Source of the DNA: Macrostomum lignano
Taxonomy: Eukaryota
DNA: 64,000 nucleotides
Assembly (NCBI GenBank): GCA_002269645.1
Contig: NIVC01001973.1
Location: forward strand, 62,001 to 126,000
Direction: 5' to 3'
Position 1 is the stretch's first letter. Each line of letters opens with the position of its first letter. The translations under genes and the position numbers were made by a program. Shown here piece after piece: positions 25,254 to 38,345 of the stretch. A model generated the notes under the pieces. It saw nothing but the letters and a program-made list of their open reading frames with translations. It did no database searches and was not told the DNA's origin.

Positions 25254-26024
25254 CTGCGTGTGACGTTGTTGAAGGGGAGATGTGTTGTTAAGCTGGGAGA
25301 AAAAGTGCCGGATGATGATGAGGCAGATGTTTGACTTCCGGATCGAGATTCTGAAGATTGAAAGCTCAAAGGGCCTGTCACCTTATGCTCATGGAGTGGA
25401 GCCCGAGTAACCCATGTACACAAATGATACGTCACTCTGCTCACAGTGACACCAAGAAGCTGGATTTGGCAAAAAGTGACAAAAATGGACCTAGCAAAGG
25501 AGAGAAAAAGCAAGAGGATAAGTAGAGATTCCACCTTATGAGCTTAAGTTTACATAATAGTCCCTAGTTATCCTCTTGCTTGTTCTCTCCTTATCCCAGG
25601 TTTGTAGAATATCAAAGCCCAATGGATTCAATTGTCTAATATTGTCAAACAATAGATTTGCCATGACCGCTAAAGGGCACACAATAGACCCTCTCTCCCT
25701 CTCTATCTCACAATTACAAAATAGTCCCAATCGGCATGCTGACAGGCTGATGGCAGTCTCCTCTGATCGGTCAGAACGGGCAGCATGCGGTTGCTGTTAC
25801 AGACGATGCTCTCGAGCAACAACTCCACGTGCACACAGAATAATCCAAGGTTTGAGCAACTTTACTTTTTCCGAGCTGGACTATGGGTCAACGAATATCC
25901 AATCGGGTACAGGTAAAAAAATTATGATTGGGTAGGGGCTGGGGGCATTCTGAGACATCTGCCGGCTGTTCCTGGATGTTGTCCGTCTTTGTAAGGTTGG
26001 ATAAGGGTGGATAGGGAGGGGCGG

Positions 26025-26430
26025 TTCGAGAATGGGCGGATTGGGGGAGGGGCGGATCTGGGAGGGGCGGATCTGGGAGGGACAGTTCTATGAGGGGCGG
26101 ATTGGGGGATGAGCGGATCTGGGAATGGCGGATCGGAGAGGGGCGGATCGGAGAGGAGCGGATCGGAGAGGGGCGGATCGGAGAGGGGTGGATCGGAGAG
26201 GGGCGGATCGGAGAGGGGCGGATCGGAGAGGGGCGGATCGGAGAGGGGCGGATCGGAGAGGGGCGGATCGGAGAGGGGCGGATCGGAGAGGGGTGAATCG
26301 GAGAGGGGCGGATCGGAGAGGGGCGGATCGGGTAGGGGCGGATCGGAGAGGGGCGGATCGGAGAGGGGCGGATCGGAGAGGGGCGGATCGGAGAGGGGCG
26401 GATCGGAGAGGGGTGAATCGGAGAGGGGTA
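26025..26430. repeat. 15-bp G-rich minisatellite (GGATCGGAGAGGGGC)
   Basis: Direct repeats. Confidence 0.96.
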
Positions 26431-26787
26431 GGAGAGGGGTAGACCAAGGAGGATGGACCAGGGAGAATCCGGTAGGAGCGGATGATAGAGGAAGAGCTTG
26501 GTTGCGGACAAGGTTGAGACAAGGAATAAGAGTCTGAGGCTGGGGTTTTTTAGTTTTCTAAGAAACTGCGGCTTGAGCAACATCTTTAATCCGACAGAGA
26601 AAAATTTGCTTGGTCACCCGCTGCCGCTGCGACTCCCCGTCGCTCTCTCATTGGGGGCCGAGCCATGCAGCACCGCTCTGTCTCTGCCCAACAGCGCATG
26701 GGAGTTATGCGTGCACAGGGACAGCGAATATATCGATCAGAACAATAATTAACAATAATTAATGGTCTTAAATAAATCAACAATTAC

Positions 26788-26823
26788 CTTTTCACCGTAG
26801 TAGTGCTTGTAGAATCCGGAACC
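26788..26823 (-). CDS. TFAP2: Candidate 36-nt in-frame AP-2 microexon (GSGFYKHYYGEK)
   Basis: aaattcgcag|GGT TCC GGA TTC TAC AAG CAC TAC TAC GGT GAA AAG|gtaatt; phase 0/0, no stop, lies between the first exon and the DRRSG exon. Confidence 0.5.
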
Positions 26824-26894
26824 CTGCGAATTTAATGAGGGCAATTATGGTTTATTAAATATGATTGGTTCGATTGAAGTATCAGATATGAATA

Positions 26895-27770
26895 ATGCAG
26901 AATGTGTTTGAGTGATGTTGTTCTGTTTGAGTGATGTTGTTCTGTTTGAGTGATAGCTGTTCTGTTTGAGTGATGTTGTTCTGTTTGAGTGATGGCTGTT
27001 CTGTTTGAGTGATGTTGTTCTGTTTGAGTGATTGCTGTTCTGTTTGAGTGATGTTGTTCTGTTTGAGTGATGTTGTTCTGTTTGAGTGATGTTGTTCTGT
27101 TTGAGTGATAGCTGTTCTGTTTGAGTGATGTTGTTCTGTTTGAGTGATGTTGTTCTGTTTGAGTGATGTTGTTCTGTTTGAGTGATAGCTGTTCTGTTTG
27201 AGTGATGTTTTCTGTTTGAGTGATTGCTGTTCTGTTTGAGTGATTGCTGTTCTGTTTGAGTGATGTTGTTCTGTTTGAGTGATGTTGTTCTGTTTGAGTG
27301 ATAGCTGTTCTGTTTGAGTGATGTTCTGTTTGAGTGATTGCTGTTCTGTTTGAGTGATGTTGTTCTGTTTGAGTGATGTTGTTCTGTTTGAGTGATGTTG
27401 TTCTGTTTGAGTGATGTTGTTCTGTTTGAGTGATGTTGTTCTGTTTGAGTGATGTTGTTCTGTTTGAGTGATAGCTGTTCTGTTTGAGTGATGTTGTTCT
27501 GTTTGAGTGATTGCTGTTCTGTTTGAGTGATGTTGTTCTGTTTGAGTGATGTTGTTCTGTTTGAGTGATGTTGTTCTGTTTGAGTGAGTGATGCTGTTCT
27601 GTTTGAGTGATGTTGTTCTGTTTGAGTGATGTTGTTCTGTTTGAGTGATGTTGTTCTGTTTGAGTGATGTTGTTCTGTTTGAGTGATGTTGTTCTGTTTG
27701 AGTGATGCTGTTCTGTTTGAGTGATGCTATTTTGTTTGAGTGAGTGATGGTGCTCTGTTTGAGTGATGCT
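26895..27770. repeat. 19-20-bp minisatellite (TGTTCTGTTTGAGTGATGT)
   Basis: Direct repeats in the first TFAP2 intron. Confidence 0.97.
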
Positions 27771-28479
27771 GTTTGTAAATAAAGGGGCCCCATTTTTACT
27801 AATGGTCACTCTGACTGACGTCCCGTTGGTCCCCAACACGCACGCAATGGTGACCTATTAAAAAGGATGCCTCATTTAGATATCAAATTTCTATCCCGCA
27901 GCTCTAATACTTGGCGTTCACTATATGTAGCAATAAGCATATATTTATGAGAATAAATACAATATATTCTAGGCGTCTTATCCGATATCTGTGTAAACCA
28001 GTGCCTTAGTTCATTGGTTATTCAATCGTGTTTGATCGCACGCAGTGGGGGGGGATGTGGTTGATGGTGAGGCTGCGGCGGCTGCTGAGAGATGTCTCAA
28101 TGCCCCCCTCCCTTGTAATTATCCACCTGTCCAGCAAAATAAACAAAGCGTCGACCCGAGGGAGGCTGCATGCGGCATCAAGCATTGGGGAGCTAATATT
28201 CGTGTATCATAATTTTCTATAGAACCAAACAGCACGGTATAGTGTTAATAATAATACAAACAGGCAAAGTGTCAATTAACTTAATTTTGTAATCGGGGTT
28301 AAGATAGATAGTTAAAACCCTTCTACGGATATGGCTATGAGAAGCAAGCACAGTAAAAAATCGCATAGGCCCAACAAGAGTCACAATATACAGTTGGCCA
28401 CCAACCCGAGAAACTTCCATTGAATCCATCCCCTGATATTTTGATAATTAGACAAAACAATTTTTAACAACACCCTTAC

Positions 28480-28515
28480 CTGCCAGCCGTTAGAGTCGAT
28501 AGCCAGAAAGGACAT
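28480..28515 (-). CDS. TFAP2: AP-2 first coding exon (MSFLAIDSNGWQ)
   Basis: ATG TCC TTT CTG GCT ATC GAC TCT AAC GGC TGG CAG|gtaagg, phase 0; resembles the human TFAP2A isoform 1c N-terminus MSILAKMGDWQ|DRHDG. Confidence 0.85.
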
Positions 28516-30340
28516 TTCTTTATATTTATAATAAGTATTCTAAGCCTATAAGTTAGGAATGGCCGAGTGGAGGGAGGGGCACACAAAGGGCCGCAAATAA
28601 GTGCCGAGAGAGGAAAAGGGCCCAGAGGCAGATAGGAACGGAGAGAGAGAGAGACAGGCAGGCTGGGTAAGTCCAGCTGAATTGTCTATGGCCCGAGGAC
28701 TGATACAGGGGAAGAGGGCGCCGGCTGCAGCTGAGGGGATAGAGAGAATGGCAGCGAGCGATGCGGCAGGCCTTCGGGCTAAGGTGGAGCTTTCGGCTCT
28801 GAGGAGCGACACACAGAGAGACAGACACACACAGAGGGCCTAAATTGCGGATCTCCGGTTCCTAACTCGCCCGCCGCCTCTTTTCCGTCTCTTGTTGCTT
28901 CTGGGGATGTCGGAGCGGGGGGGCGACGGACGGCGGCGGGTGGGAGGTGAAGCCGGAGGCTGCAAGTTGGTTGGCTGGTCGGCTGCTGCTGCTGCCGCTG
29001 CTTCAGGCAGGCTGCGAATCTCCCAGACCCATGCAAAGCCCCTCTGAAAATTGCGTATAGCGCACCCCACCCCCGACTAGCTTGAGGGCTCCAACCAAGT
29101 CTTTCTCAGACGATGGAACAGAGACAGACTGACAGACTGAGCGGGGAAGAGAAGCAGATCAGGCGGACGGGCGGAACCCTCCGGGAACCTATAAGATTCG
29201 ACCCAGACTCCCCCGCTTCATCCTTGGACCCCTGGCCGACCAACCCCTAGCCACCCCGAAGCGAAATTACCCTCCATTTTCTGTTCCCGCTTCCCGATAC
29301 CAATATGACGAGAAAGTAATGGAGTCCCTATAGGGCACTGGGCCTGAGGTGGGATCTGGAGTGGAGCAAAACTTATAAGCTCAAGACTCAGAAGCAGGCA
29401 TAGATGCTGTTGTCAGCTTCAGTTATAATCAAGTATTCAAATCTTCTACAGTCTAGCCCTAGAAATGACAGAATTTAAAATTAGAAATATTTGTAATAAA
29501 TAATAACTATTGCTGTTTGAAATGAAAACATGCTTAGTATTCAAGGACTTCCATGACCATAGTAACGATAATTATGATATTAGGCGTTTGGTTTGGAGCA
29601 AACCACGAAAAATATTCGTAGCCTAACTGTAAATCTTCAAGAATGCTTTCTAGTCCAGATGTTTCTTATCTAGAAGTCCTTGGTCGAAGGGAAAATGTTA
29701 TAAGGCAACTAACTCCCTATTGAACTTCGCTTTTTTTCTTCCCCAAAGTCTCCTGTATACAGTGTGTAAGCGCAGACTCTATACTGAGCTCCATCATGGG
29801 AATTGAATTTTCTCCTCTGCTGCAGCGGATTATTCCTCATTCCCCAGCCCTTAATTTTCCCAGCGGCGGGCTTAGCCTATAGCCTCGGGCAAGTCATGAT
29901 GGAAGTGAAAGTCTAAGGCTGTAAGCAATTATATTATTATTATATCGTCTAAATTACATTTGCCTCCGTCGCAACCTGCCCTTGTCCCAGCCCCTGTCCA
30001 CCCGCGCCCGTCTTGTCCTCCGCCCAACGCTGAGAAGTTTTCCCCCGTTTGGCTGCAGAAATATTTGCGCTGCAGTGCTGTGGAAGCAGCTTATTTATAC
30101 TGTGCAGCACGGGAGCAGGCCCAGGGCTACCTGTGCAGTTGCCATGCGCGAAGCTGAATTGACCGCGCAGGCGGGGGCCCCTTAGGGTATAAAAATGAAT
30201 TTGTATATATGTTAAATGGATGTGAATACACTGACATTGGACACCGGCTATACAGCTAATTGAAATCTTCTGCTTTTAAGAAATTCCGACAGTAATGTAA
30301 AACTTGTTACCGACCATGTTGCACCTGAGCCTGAGGCATC
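28516..30340 (-). promoter_or_regulatory. Putative TFAP2 5'UTR/promoter region with clustered AP-2 consensus sites
   Basis: Repeat-free, CpG-containing region upstream of the ATG; GCCN3GGC at 28952, 29882, 30119 and 30329, and GCCN4GGC at 28770. Confidence 0.5.
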
Positions 30341-30361
30341 TTCCTTTCTTTGTATTTCAGA

Positions 30362-30972
<611 letters not shown>

Positions 30973-31099
30973 TGGCAATTCTGACTGGCATCCGTGACCA
31001 AAGCAGACACCACAGAGAATCAGGAAGCGCTGCTTCTGTTTTGCTTGAGAACAAAGCGGATGCAAGCAGAAAAGAAGCAGATCAATTCACAGTCGAAGG

Positions 31100-31160
31100 C
31101 AGCAGGTGGCCGTAGCTGCTGCCTGCAAGAGAGTTCCGGGCTCGAATCCGGGTCACGCTA
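31100..31160 (+). other. Possible degenerate tRNA-derived SINE head
   Basis: GGTGGCCGTAGC (A-box-like) ... GGGCTCGAATCCGGG (B-box-like); no complete cloverleaf seen. Confidence 0.3.
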
Positions 31161-31619
31161 TTCCGGCAGCAATTATCAGCCGCTTCATTCATTTGTTTGC
31201 TGTGCCACGCCGTTCGGGATTGCTTAGTCAAATAGCCAAAAGAAGCAGATCTGCTTCGGAACAATTTTTGCTTCTTGTGCTGTATCATTTCGAATGCCAT
31301 TTCAGTCAGGCATCGTCAGCAATTCGCCCTCCTCAATCCACTGCCTGGGGGCTCTCTTCTCAGCATGTGCATATTTAGGTAGCCAAGTATAGATATAGAC
31401 TATATGGTAGAAACAAATGACAAAGAGTTCTCTATGCTGAATTGGCTTTGAATCATGAATTTCTCAGTGCCTTTCTGATATTCATCCTTTGTGACTTGAG
31501 TTTGCGGCAATTAGATGATAGACTGATAGATGCTTAAAGCAAGCCTCCATTAGAACATTTTAGACAGAATTTGCTCTGAATATTTAATCATACTCTCATC
31601 TCGCGCCTTTCATCTCATC

Positions 31620-32250
31620 TCTATGTTATCATCCTCTCATCTTCTCCCTTCACCACTCACCCTGCCCCACTATCTTCTCACTGTCTTCACTCTCCTCTCA
31701 CCGTCTATACTCTCCTCTCTACTCTCCTCTCACCCTCTCCACTCTCCTCTCACCCTCTATACTCTCCTCTCCATTCTCCACTCTCCTCTCACCCTCTCGA
31801 CTCTCCTCTCACTCTCTCCACTCTCCTCTCACCCTCTCGACTCTCCTCTCACTCTCTCCACTCTCCTCTCACCCTCTCCACTCTCCTCTCCACTCTCCTC
31901 TCACCCTCTCCACTCTCCTCTCACCCTCTATACTCTCCTCTCTACTCTCCTCTCACCCTCTCCACTCTCCTCTCACCCTCTATACTCTCCTCTCACCCTC
32001 TCCACTCTCCTCTCACCCTCTCCACTCTCCTCTCCATTCTCCACTCTCCTCTCACCCTCTATACTCTCCTCTCCACTCTCCTCTCCACTCTCCTCTCACC
32101 CTCTCCACTCTCCTCTCCACTCTCCTCTCCACTCTCCACTCTCCTCTCACCCTCTCCACTCTCCTCTCTACTCTCCTCTCACCCTCTCCACTCTCCTATT
32201 ACCCTCTCCACTGTCCTCTCACCCTCTCTTCTCAGCCTCTTCACCCTCTT
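31620..32250. repeat. Pyrimidine-rich low-complexity minisatellite (CTCTCCACTCTCCTCTCACC)
   Basis: Direct repeats. Confidence 0.95.
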
Positions 32251-33179
32251 CTCACCCTCTCATCTCTTTCTCTTTCTTTCTAATCTATCATCTCACTCTA
32301 TAAATTCCCCCTTCTCTGTCTGTCTTTCTACCTAGATAATTTCATCACTTTTTTCTTGTGAAGCCACACTGTCCCGAATATTTGCTTGCTTCGAAAGCAA
32401 TGCAGGAGCTTAGAGCATCTTCACAAAGCTACTGAATGTATCGACTAAGATCAACACTAACTTGGCACACTCGCTCGGCATCCCCTTGAAAATGTTGATA
32501 CCAAGAATGGATTAAGCTGCTGGGGATTTATATCGAACAATATAATCCTCATTCATTTAACAACAATAACTGACACGAACTAAATACGAAATAATGTAAA
32601 AGAAGATTAGTGAGAGATTATTGCGCCAAAGCCCATTGCCCCTGGGCCGGGCTGTGCCACCCACGATATACCTACCCAAGCCCAGAAGCCTCCTTCAGTC
32701 GTGTATCAAGTCATCCCAAGCCACAGAAGGATTATCCCACCCATCGGCACCTTGCCAACAATCCGACAAAATTTGGGATTAAAAAATCATTTCGAGATTT
32801 TGGTTGGCAACTGCGAGACGTGTGAAGTGTATCGCAGATACTTGAGCGGCTGTCGATTAGGGGAGAACCTTTAGGGGGAATATTTACACCCTTAATCCAT
32901 TCCGTGGGAATACATATGCCAGCATGTCAGAATTTATGCCAGAATTTTGCATAACCTTGGCGCCATCTAAAGGATGCGGCCATTGCGGCGGACAGGTTCA
33001 TGGACCTTTGGCTACTTGGACTGGAAACGCGATGCATGCATCTGGCTAAAATGTGGACAAATGTAATAGAATATTATATTCTATTTTTATAGAAAATTTC
33101 CTTTTTGAAGAAATTTATCTTTTAGTTAATTTATTTCGTTTTATATTATTTTCGTTTCGTTAAAACCTAAGAGAACCAC

Positions 33180-33785
33180 TTTGACTGTCTCATGGTGGGC
33201 GTCCCTGTCTCTTGGTGTCCCTGTCTCTTGGTGGGTGTCCCTGTCTCTTGGTGGGAATCCCTGTCTCTTGGTGGGTGCCCCATTTCTTGGTGGGTGCCCC
33301 ATTTCTTGGTGGGCGTCCCTGTCTCTTGGTGGGTGTCCCTGTCTCTTGGTGGGTGTCCCTGTCTCTTGGTGGGCGCCCCTGTCTCTTGGAGGGCGCCCCC
33401 TGTCTCTTGGTGGGGGCCCCTGTCTGTTGGTGGGCGCCCCCTGTCTGTTGGTGGGCGCCCCCTGTCTGTTGGTGGGCGTCCCTGTCTCTTGGTGGGAATC
33501 CCTGTCTCTTGGTGGGAATCCCTGTCTCTTGGTGGGTGCCCCCATTTCTTGGTGGGCGCCCCTGTCTCTTGGTGGGCGCCCCTGTCTCTTGGTGGGCGTC
33601 CCTGTCTCTTGGTGGGGGCCCCTGTCTCTTGGAGGGCGCCCCCTGTCTCTTGGTGGGGGCCCCTGCCTCTTGGAGGGCGCCCCCTGTCTGTTGGTGGGCG
33701 CCCCCTGTCTGTTGGTGGGCGCCCCCTGTCTGTTGGTGGGCGCCCCCTGTCTCTTGGTGGGCGCCCCCTGTCTCTTGGTGGGCTA
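33180..33785. repeat. 21-22-bp minisatellite (CCCTGTCTCTTGGTGGGCGCC), same family as 1305-2335, reversed
   Basis: Unit is the reverse complement of the 1305-2335 unit. Confidence 0.96.
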
Positions 33786-34234
33786 AGATGTTTTTCAGCG
33801 GTCCCTGGACGCAGGGATTTTTGAGATTTTTTTGTCGTTGAGAAAAGTGGAGATAATCCGCCTCAGCACATGGCTACATCTCCAGCGAAAGATGAAGGAT
33901 TGGGATTGGGGAGAAAAGACAAGTGGCAGACTCACAGAGTTTGAGTGGGTGAAAGACACAGGACTCGATCCAGTCGGTACAAGAAAGGATTAAAGTTTAT
34001 TTGGAGACTGCCTGTCTATCTTCGAATAGGGAAGAGGGAGAGTTGAGATCCCAGCAAAACCTGCATGCGCCAAATCCCTAGCCTTGGGGGAAGATGGAGA
34101 TCCCGATTTCTGGCTGAGATTGCTGATGCTGCAGCCGCCTTATTTAGTAGCTACGAGCTATACTGTATAAAAGATGAGCAGTTCACTGTGTAATAGTAGT
34201 TAATGGACTCGAACAAGTTGAGTGCCACTTTGTC

Positions 34235-35730
34235 AGGGGCGCCATATTGGTTGTCAGGGAAGCCATATTGGTTGTCAGGGGCGCCATATTGGTTGTCAGG
34301 GGCGCCATATTGGTTGTCAGGAGAGCCATATTGGTTGTCAGTGGCGCCATATTGGTTGTCAGGGGAGCCATATTGGTTGTTAGGGGGGCCATATTGGTTG
34401 TCAGGTGCGCCATATTGGTTGTTAGGGGTGCCATATTGGTTGTCAGGGGTGCCATATTGGTTGTCAGGGGAGCCATATTGGTTGTCAGTGGCGCCATATT
34501 GGTTGTCAGGGGAGCCATATTGGTTGTTAGGGGGGCCATATTGGTTGTCAGGTGCGCCATATTGGTTGTTAGGGGTGCCATATTGGTTGTCAGGTGCGCC
34601 ATATTGGTTGTTAGGGGTGCCATATTGGTTGTCAGGGGAGCCATATTGGTTGTCAGGGGCGCCATATTGGTTGTCAGGGGAGCCATATTGGTTGTTAGGG
34701 GGGCCATATTGGTTGTTAGGGGGCCATATTGGTTGTCAGGTGCGCCATATTGGTTGTTAGGGGTGCCATATTGGTTGTCAGGGGCGCCATATTGGTTGTC
34801 AGGGGAGCCATATTGGTTGTCAGGGGCGCCATATTGGTTGTCAGGGGAGCCATATTGGTTGTTAGGGGGCCATATTGGTTGTCAGGTGCGCCATATTGGT
34901 TGTTAGGGGTGCCATATTGGTTGTCAGGTGCGCCATATTGGTTGTTAGGGGTGCCATATTGGTTGTCAGGGGAGCCATATTGGTTGTCAGGGGCGCCATA
35001 TTGGTTGTCAGGGGAGCCATATTGGTTGTTAGGGGGGCCATATTGGTTGTTAGGGGGCCATATTGGTTGTCAGGTGCGCCATATTGGTTGTTAGGGGTGC
35101 CATATTGGTTGTCAGGGGCGCCATATTGGTTGTCAGGGGAGCCATATTGGTTGTCAGGGGCGCCATATTGGTTGTCAGGGGAGCCATATTGGTTGTTAGG
35201 GGGCCATATTGGTTGTCAGGTGCGCCATATTGGTTGTTAGGGGTGCCATATTGGTTGTCAGGGGAGCCATATTGGTTGTCAGGGGCGCCATATTGGTTGT
35301 CAGGGGAGCCATATTGGTTGTTAGGGGGCCATATTGGTTGTCAGGTGCGCCATATTGGTTGTTAGGGGTGCCATATTGGTTGTCAGGTGCGCCATATTGG
35401 TTGTTAGGGGTGCCATATTGGTTGTCAGGGGAGCCATATTGGTTGTCAGGGGCGCCATATTGGTTGTCAGGGGAGCCATATTGGTTGTTAGGGGGGCCAT
35501 ATTGGTTGTTAGGGGGCCATATTGGTTGTTAGGGGGCCATATTGGTTGTTAGGGGGGCCATATTGGTTGTCAGGGGAGCCATATTGGTTGTCAGGGGAGC
35601 CATATTGGTTGTCAGTGGCGCCATATTGGTTGTCAGGGGAGCCATATTGGTTGTCAGGGAAGCCATATTGGTTGTCAGGGGAGCCATATTGGTTGTCAGG
35701 GGAGCCATATTGGTTGTCAGGGAGCCATAT
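34235..35730. repeat. 20-21-bp minisatellite (GCCATATTGGTTGT(C/T)AGGGG(A/C/T))
   Basis: About 70 direct copies; the MAPLTTN ORF is an artefact. Confidence 0.98.
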
Positions 35731-36314
35731 TGGTTTTCAGGAATGGTTACCCACTCAGAAGGGCGTCGGTCACGAAAAAAAGTGTCAAACTTGCAACCGC
35801 CGACTTCGCCAGACCTTCTTTGGAGCAGGAAAAAGACCCCTGCCGTGACATGTGTTTGTTGCAGCGTATGGCAACAAAAAAACTCCGTCATATTGCGCTT
35901 ACTCATAATCAAAATTCTTCTCCTATCTAAGATATGAATCTGGGTGATTTTGCAGAACTCAAAAAGAACCTTTTGATATCAGCAAAGGAGAGAGAGAAGA
36001 GAAAGGCAAATTGAATCCTAAATAATGGGATTTACTCTCTGTAATCAAGCAAATGTTTTAATCTAATTAGCCGTGTGCGCTTCATCCCTTGATGCTGTTT
36101 GGGAGGTGAGTGAGGTCACTCTGCCTTGTGCCTTAATGGTAGAGCTGATTTTAAATAAATTAGCACAATGTAATCCCATTGTGATAGCGGATGTAATTGT
36201 CTAATTGTCAGGAAGTTGAAGTTGATCACACTAGATTTTGAGAAAACAATTTTTCCTGATTTAAAAAACATTCTGCACCTGCAGTAGCTAAGGAGACAGA
36301 ACTAAGGGTCATTG

Positions 36315-36745
36315 TTCCACGGGAATCGGGATCTCTGTTCACGGGAATCGGGATCTCTGTTCACGGGAATCGGGATCTCTGTTCACGGGAATCGGGATCT
36401 CTGTTCACGGGAATCGGGATCTCTGTTCACGGGAATCGGGATCTCTGTTCACGGAAAAGATCTCTGTCCACGGAAAAGATCTCTGTTTACGGGAATTGGG
36501 ATCTCTGTTCACGGAAAAGATATCTGTTCACGGAAAAGATCTCTGTTTACGGGAAAGATCTCTGTTCACGGGAATTGGGATCTCTGCTCACGGAAAAGAT
36601 ATCTGTTCACGGAAAAGATCTCTGTCCATGGAAAAGATCTCTGTTTACGGGAAAGATCTCTGTTCACGGGAAAAATCTTTGTTCACGGGAAAGATCTCTG
36701 TCCATGGGAAAGATCTCTGTCCACGGGAAAGATCTCTGTTCACGG
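36315..36745. repeat. 19-22-bp minisatellite (ACGGGAATCGGGATCTCTGTTC / ACGGAAAAGATCTCTGTTC)
   Basis: Direct repeats. Confidence 0.95.
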
Positions 36746-37554
36746 ATAACGTGTTTTAGTTTTAGTAGAACTGACTGAAAGTTCAAATTTTGAAGATGAG
36801 GCTGCATACATATACATTAGTTCAATTCTAACTGCCAGATGCTAAAAAATCAATTATTTACATATTTACACCAAGGGATATCATCTAAAGTCGAGGCCAC
36901 CCATAGCGAATCTTACACCAAGCTAATTACAGCTTGACAATATGCGAGCTATGAATATCAAACAGTTGGCATGGAATGAAAAGCAGCCCTGCAATGTTAA
37001 TGGAATAACCACCTGTGTGATCTAATTCCTATTTTGTGTTGCAGGTGTCCCCTGCTGCTGGGCAATGGGATAAAAATTCACACCTTTTTTAACAAAGACA
37101 AAATGAAAGGATTTTTTACCTAACAGAATCCCCCCATGCATCTGTCGAAAATCTCGCGCGACTAAAAAAGTTATCTAAGTAAAAATTTCAAGAATCTATG
37201 GAAAATAATTCAAAAGAGCAGCGCCTTCTTTTGCATTTCTGCAACAAATTCTTTTAGGAGAAGGGTGCCCCAAGGCTGGTCTTTGTGACTGACAATGGGA
37301 CAATGGATAATGGGGAGTGTTGTTTGCAAAGCTGACGAGATCCCATCAATGAGGAGATTTTCGTGAGTGTCAGTTCTTGAGCATCCTAATATATGGGTAG
37401 TAAATATTCTTTTTGTGAGCAAGCAGCCGGGCTCGAGTGTGGCATTGCAGCACCTGTCTGCTTCACCTCGCTTGCAGAACTTTTTTATTGCTGAACTTCA
37501 CCGCAAGACATAATCGGATTAAGGAAGATTTTGAAGCCATAGGTAGACAGGTGG

Positions 37555-37985
37555 GATTCACTCAGACAGGGAGAGATTCACTCAAATAAGATTGAGATTC
37601 ACTCAAATAAGGCGAGACCCATTCAAATAAGGTGAGACTCACTCAGATAGGGTGAGATTCACTCAAAAAAGGTGAGATTCGCTCAGATAGGGTGAGATTC
37701 ACTCAGATGGGGTAGGATTCACTCAGATAGGGTGAGATTCACTCTAATAAGGGTGAGATTCACTCATACAGGGTGAGATTCACTGAAATAAGAGTGAGAT
37801 TCACTCAGATGGGGTGAGATTCACTCAGGCGGGTGAGATTCACTCAGATGGGGTGAGATTCACTCAGGCGGGTGAGATTCACTCAAACGGGTGAGATTCG
37901 CTCAAATAGCGTGAGACTAATTCAGGCAGGGTGAGATTCACTTAAATAGGGTGAGATTCACTAAAATAAAGGTGAGATCCATTTA
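37555..37985. repeat. 19-20-bp minisatellite (GGGTGAGATTCACTCAGATA)
   Basis: Degenerate direct repeats. Confidence 0.92.
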
Positions 37986-38274
37986 TATTGACAAGGTGAG
38001 ACAACGGCTGATAGGAGTCAGAGATTCACACATAGAATCTTAGGCTAGTCATATAGGAAAAGAATCACAAATGCAACAGAATCCACAATCGAGAGTTAGA
38101 GACAGCGAAAGCTACAAGAAGAGGATAACCCATCAATCCCCAACCTATCCTATCCAATAGCTAACATGATATCCCCCCATGGATTGGGAGCCGGCTACCA
38201 GAGACCCCGAAACTAGCATGAAAGCAGAGCTGGACAGTTAATCGAACAATAGATTGCTCGAGGCGATGTAAAGC

Positions 38275-38342
<68 letters not shown>

Positions 38343-38345
38343 GAG
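38275..38345. repeat. (GA)n microsatellite
   Basis: Dinucleotide run. Confidence 0.98.

Noticed and set aside
24680-25534. 284-aa minus-strand ORF and plus-strand Leu/Ala ORFs
   Set aside because: Alternative frames over the CAG-rich TFAP2 exon.
26832-27839. 335- and 303-aa Gln/His/Thr ORFs
   Set aside because: Translation of the 19-20-bp intronic array.
29271-29277. Alternative AP-2 first exon ATG GAG G|gtaatt
   Set aside because: Phase 1 donor cannot join the phase 0 downstream exons in frame.
34183-35937. MAPLTTN / VVRGAIL repeat ORFs
   Set aside because: The 21-bp unit is a multiple of 3 without stops, so open frames are expected.
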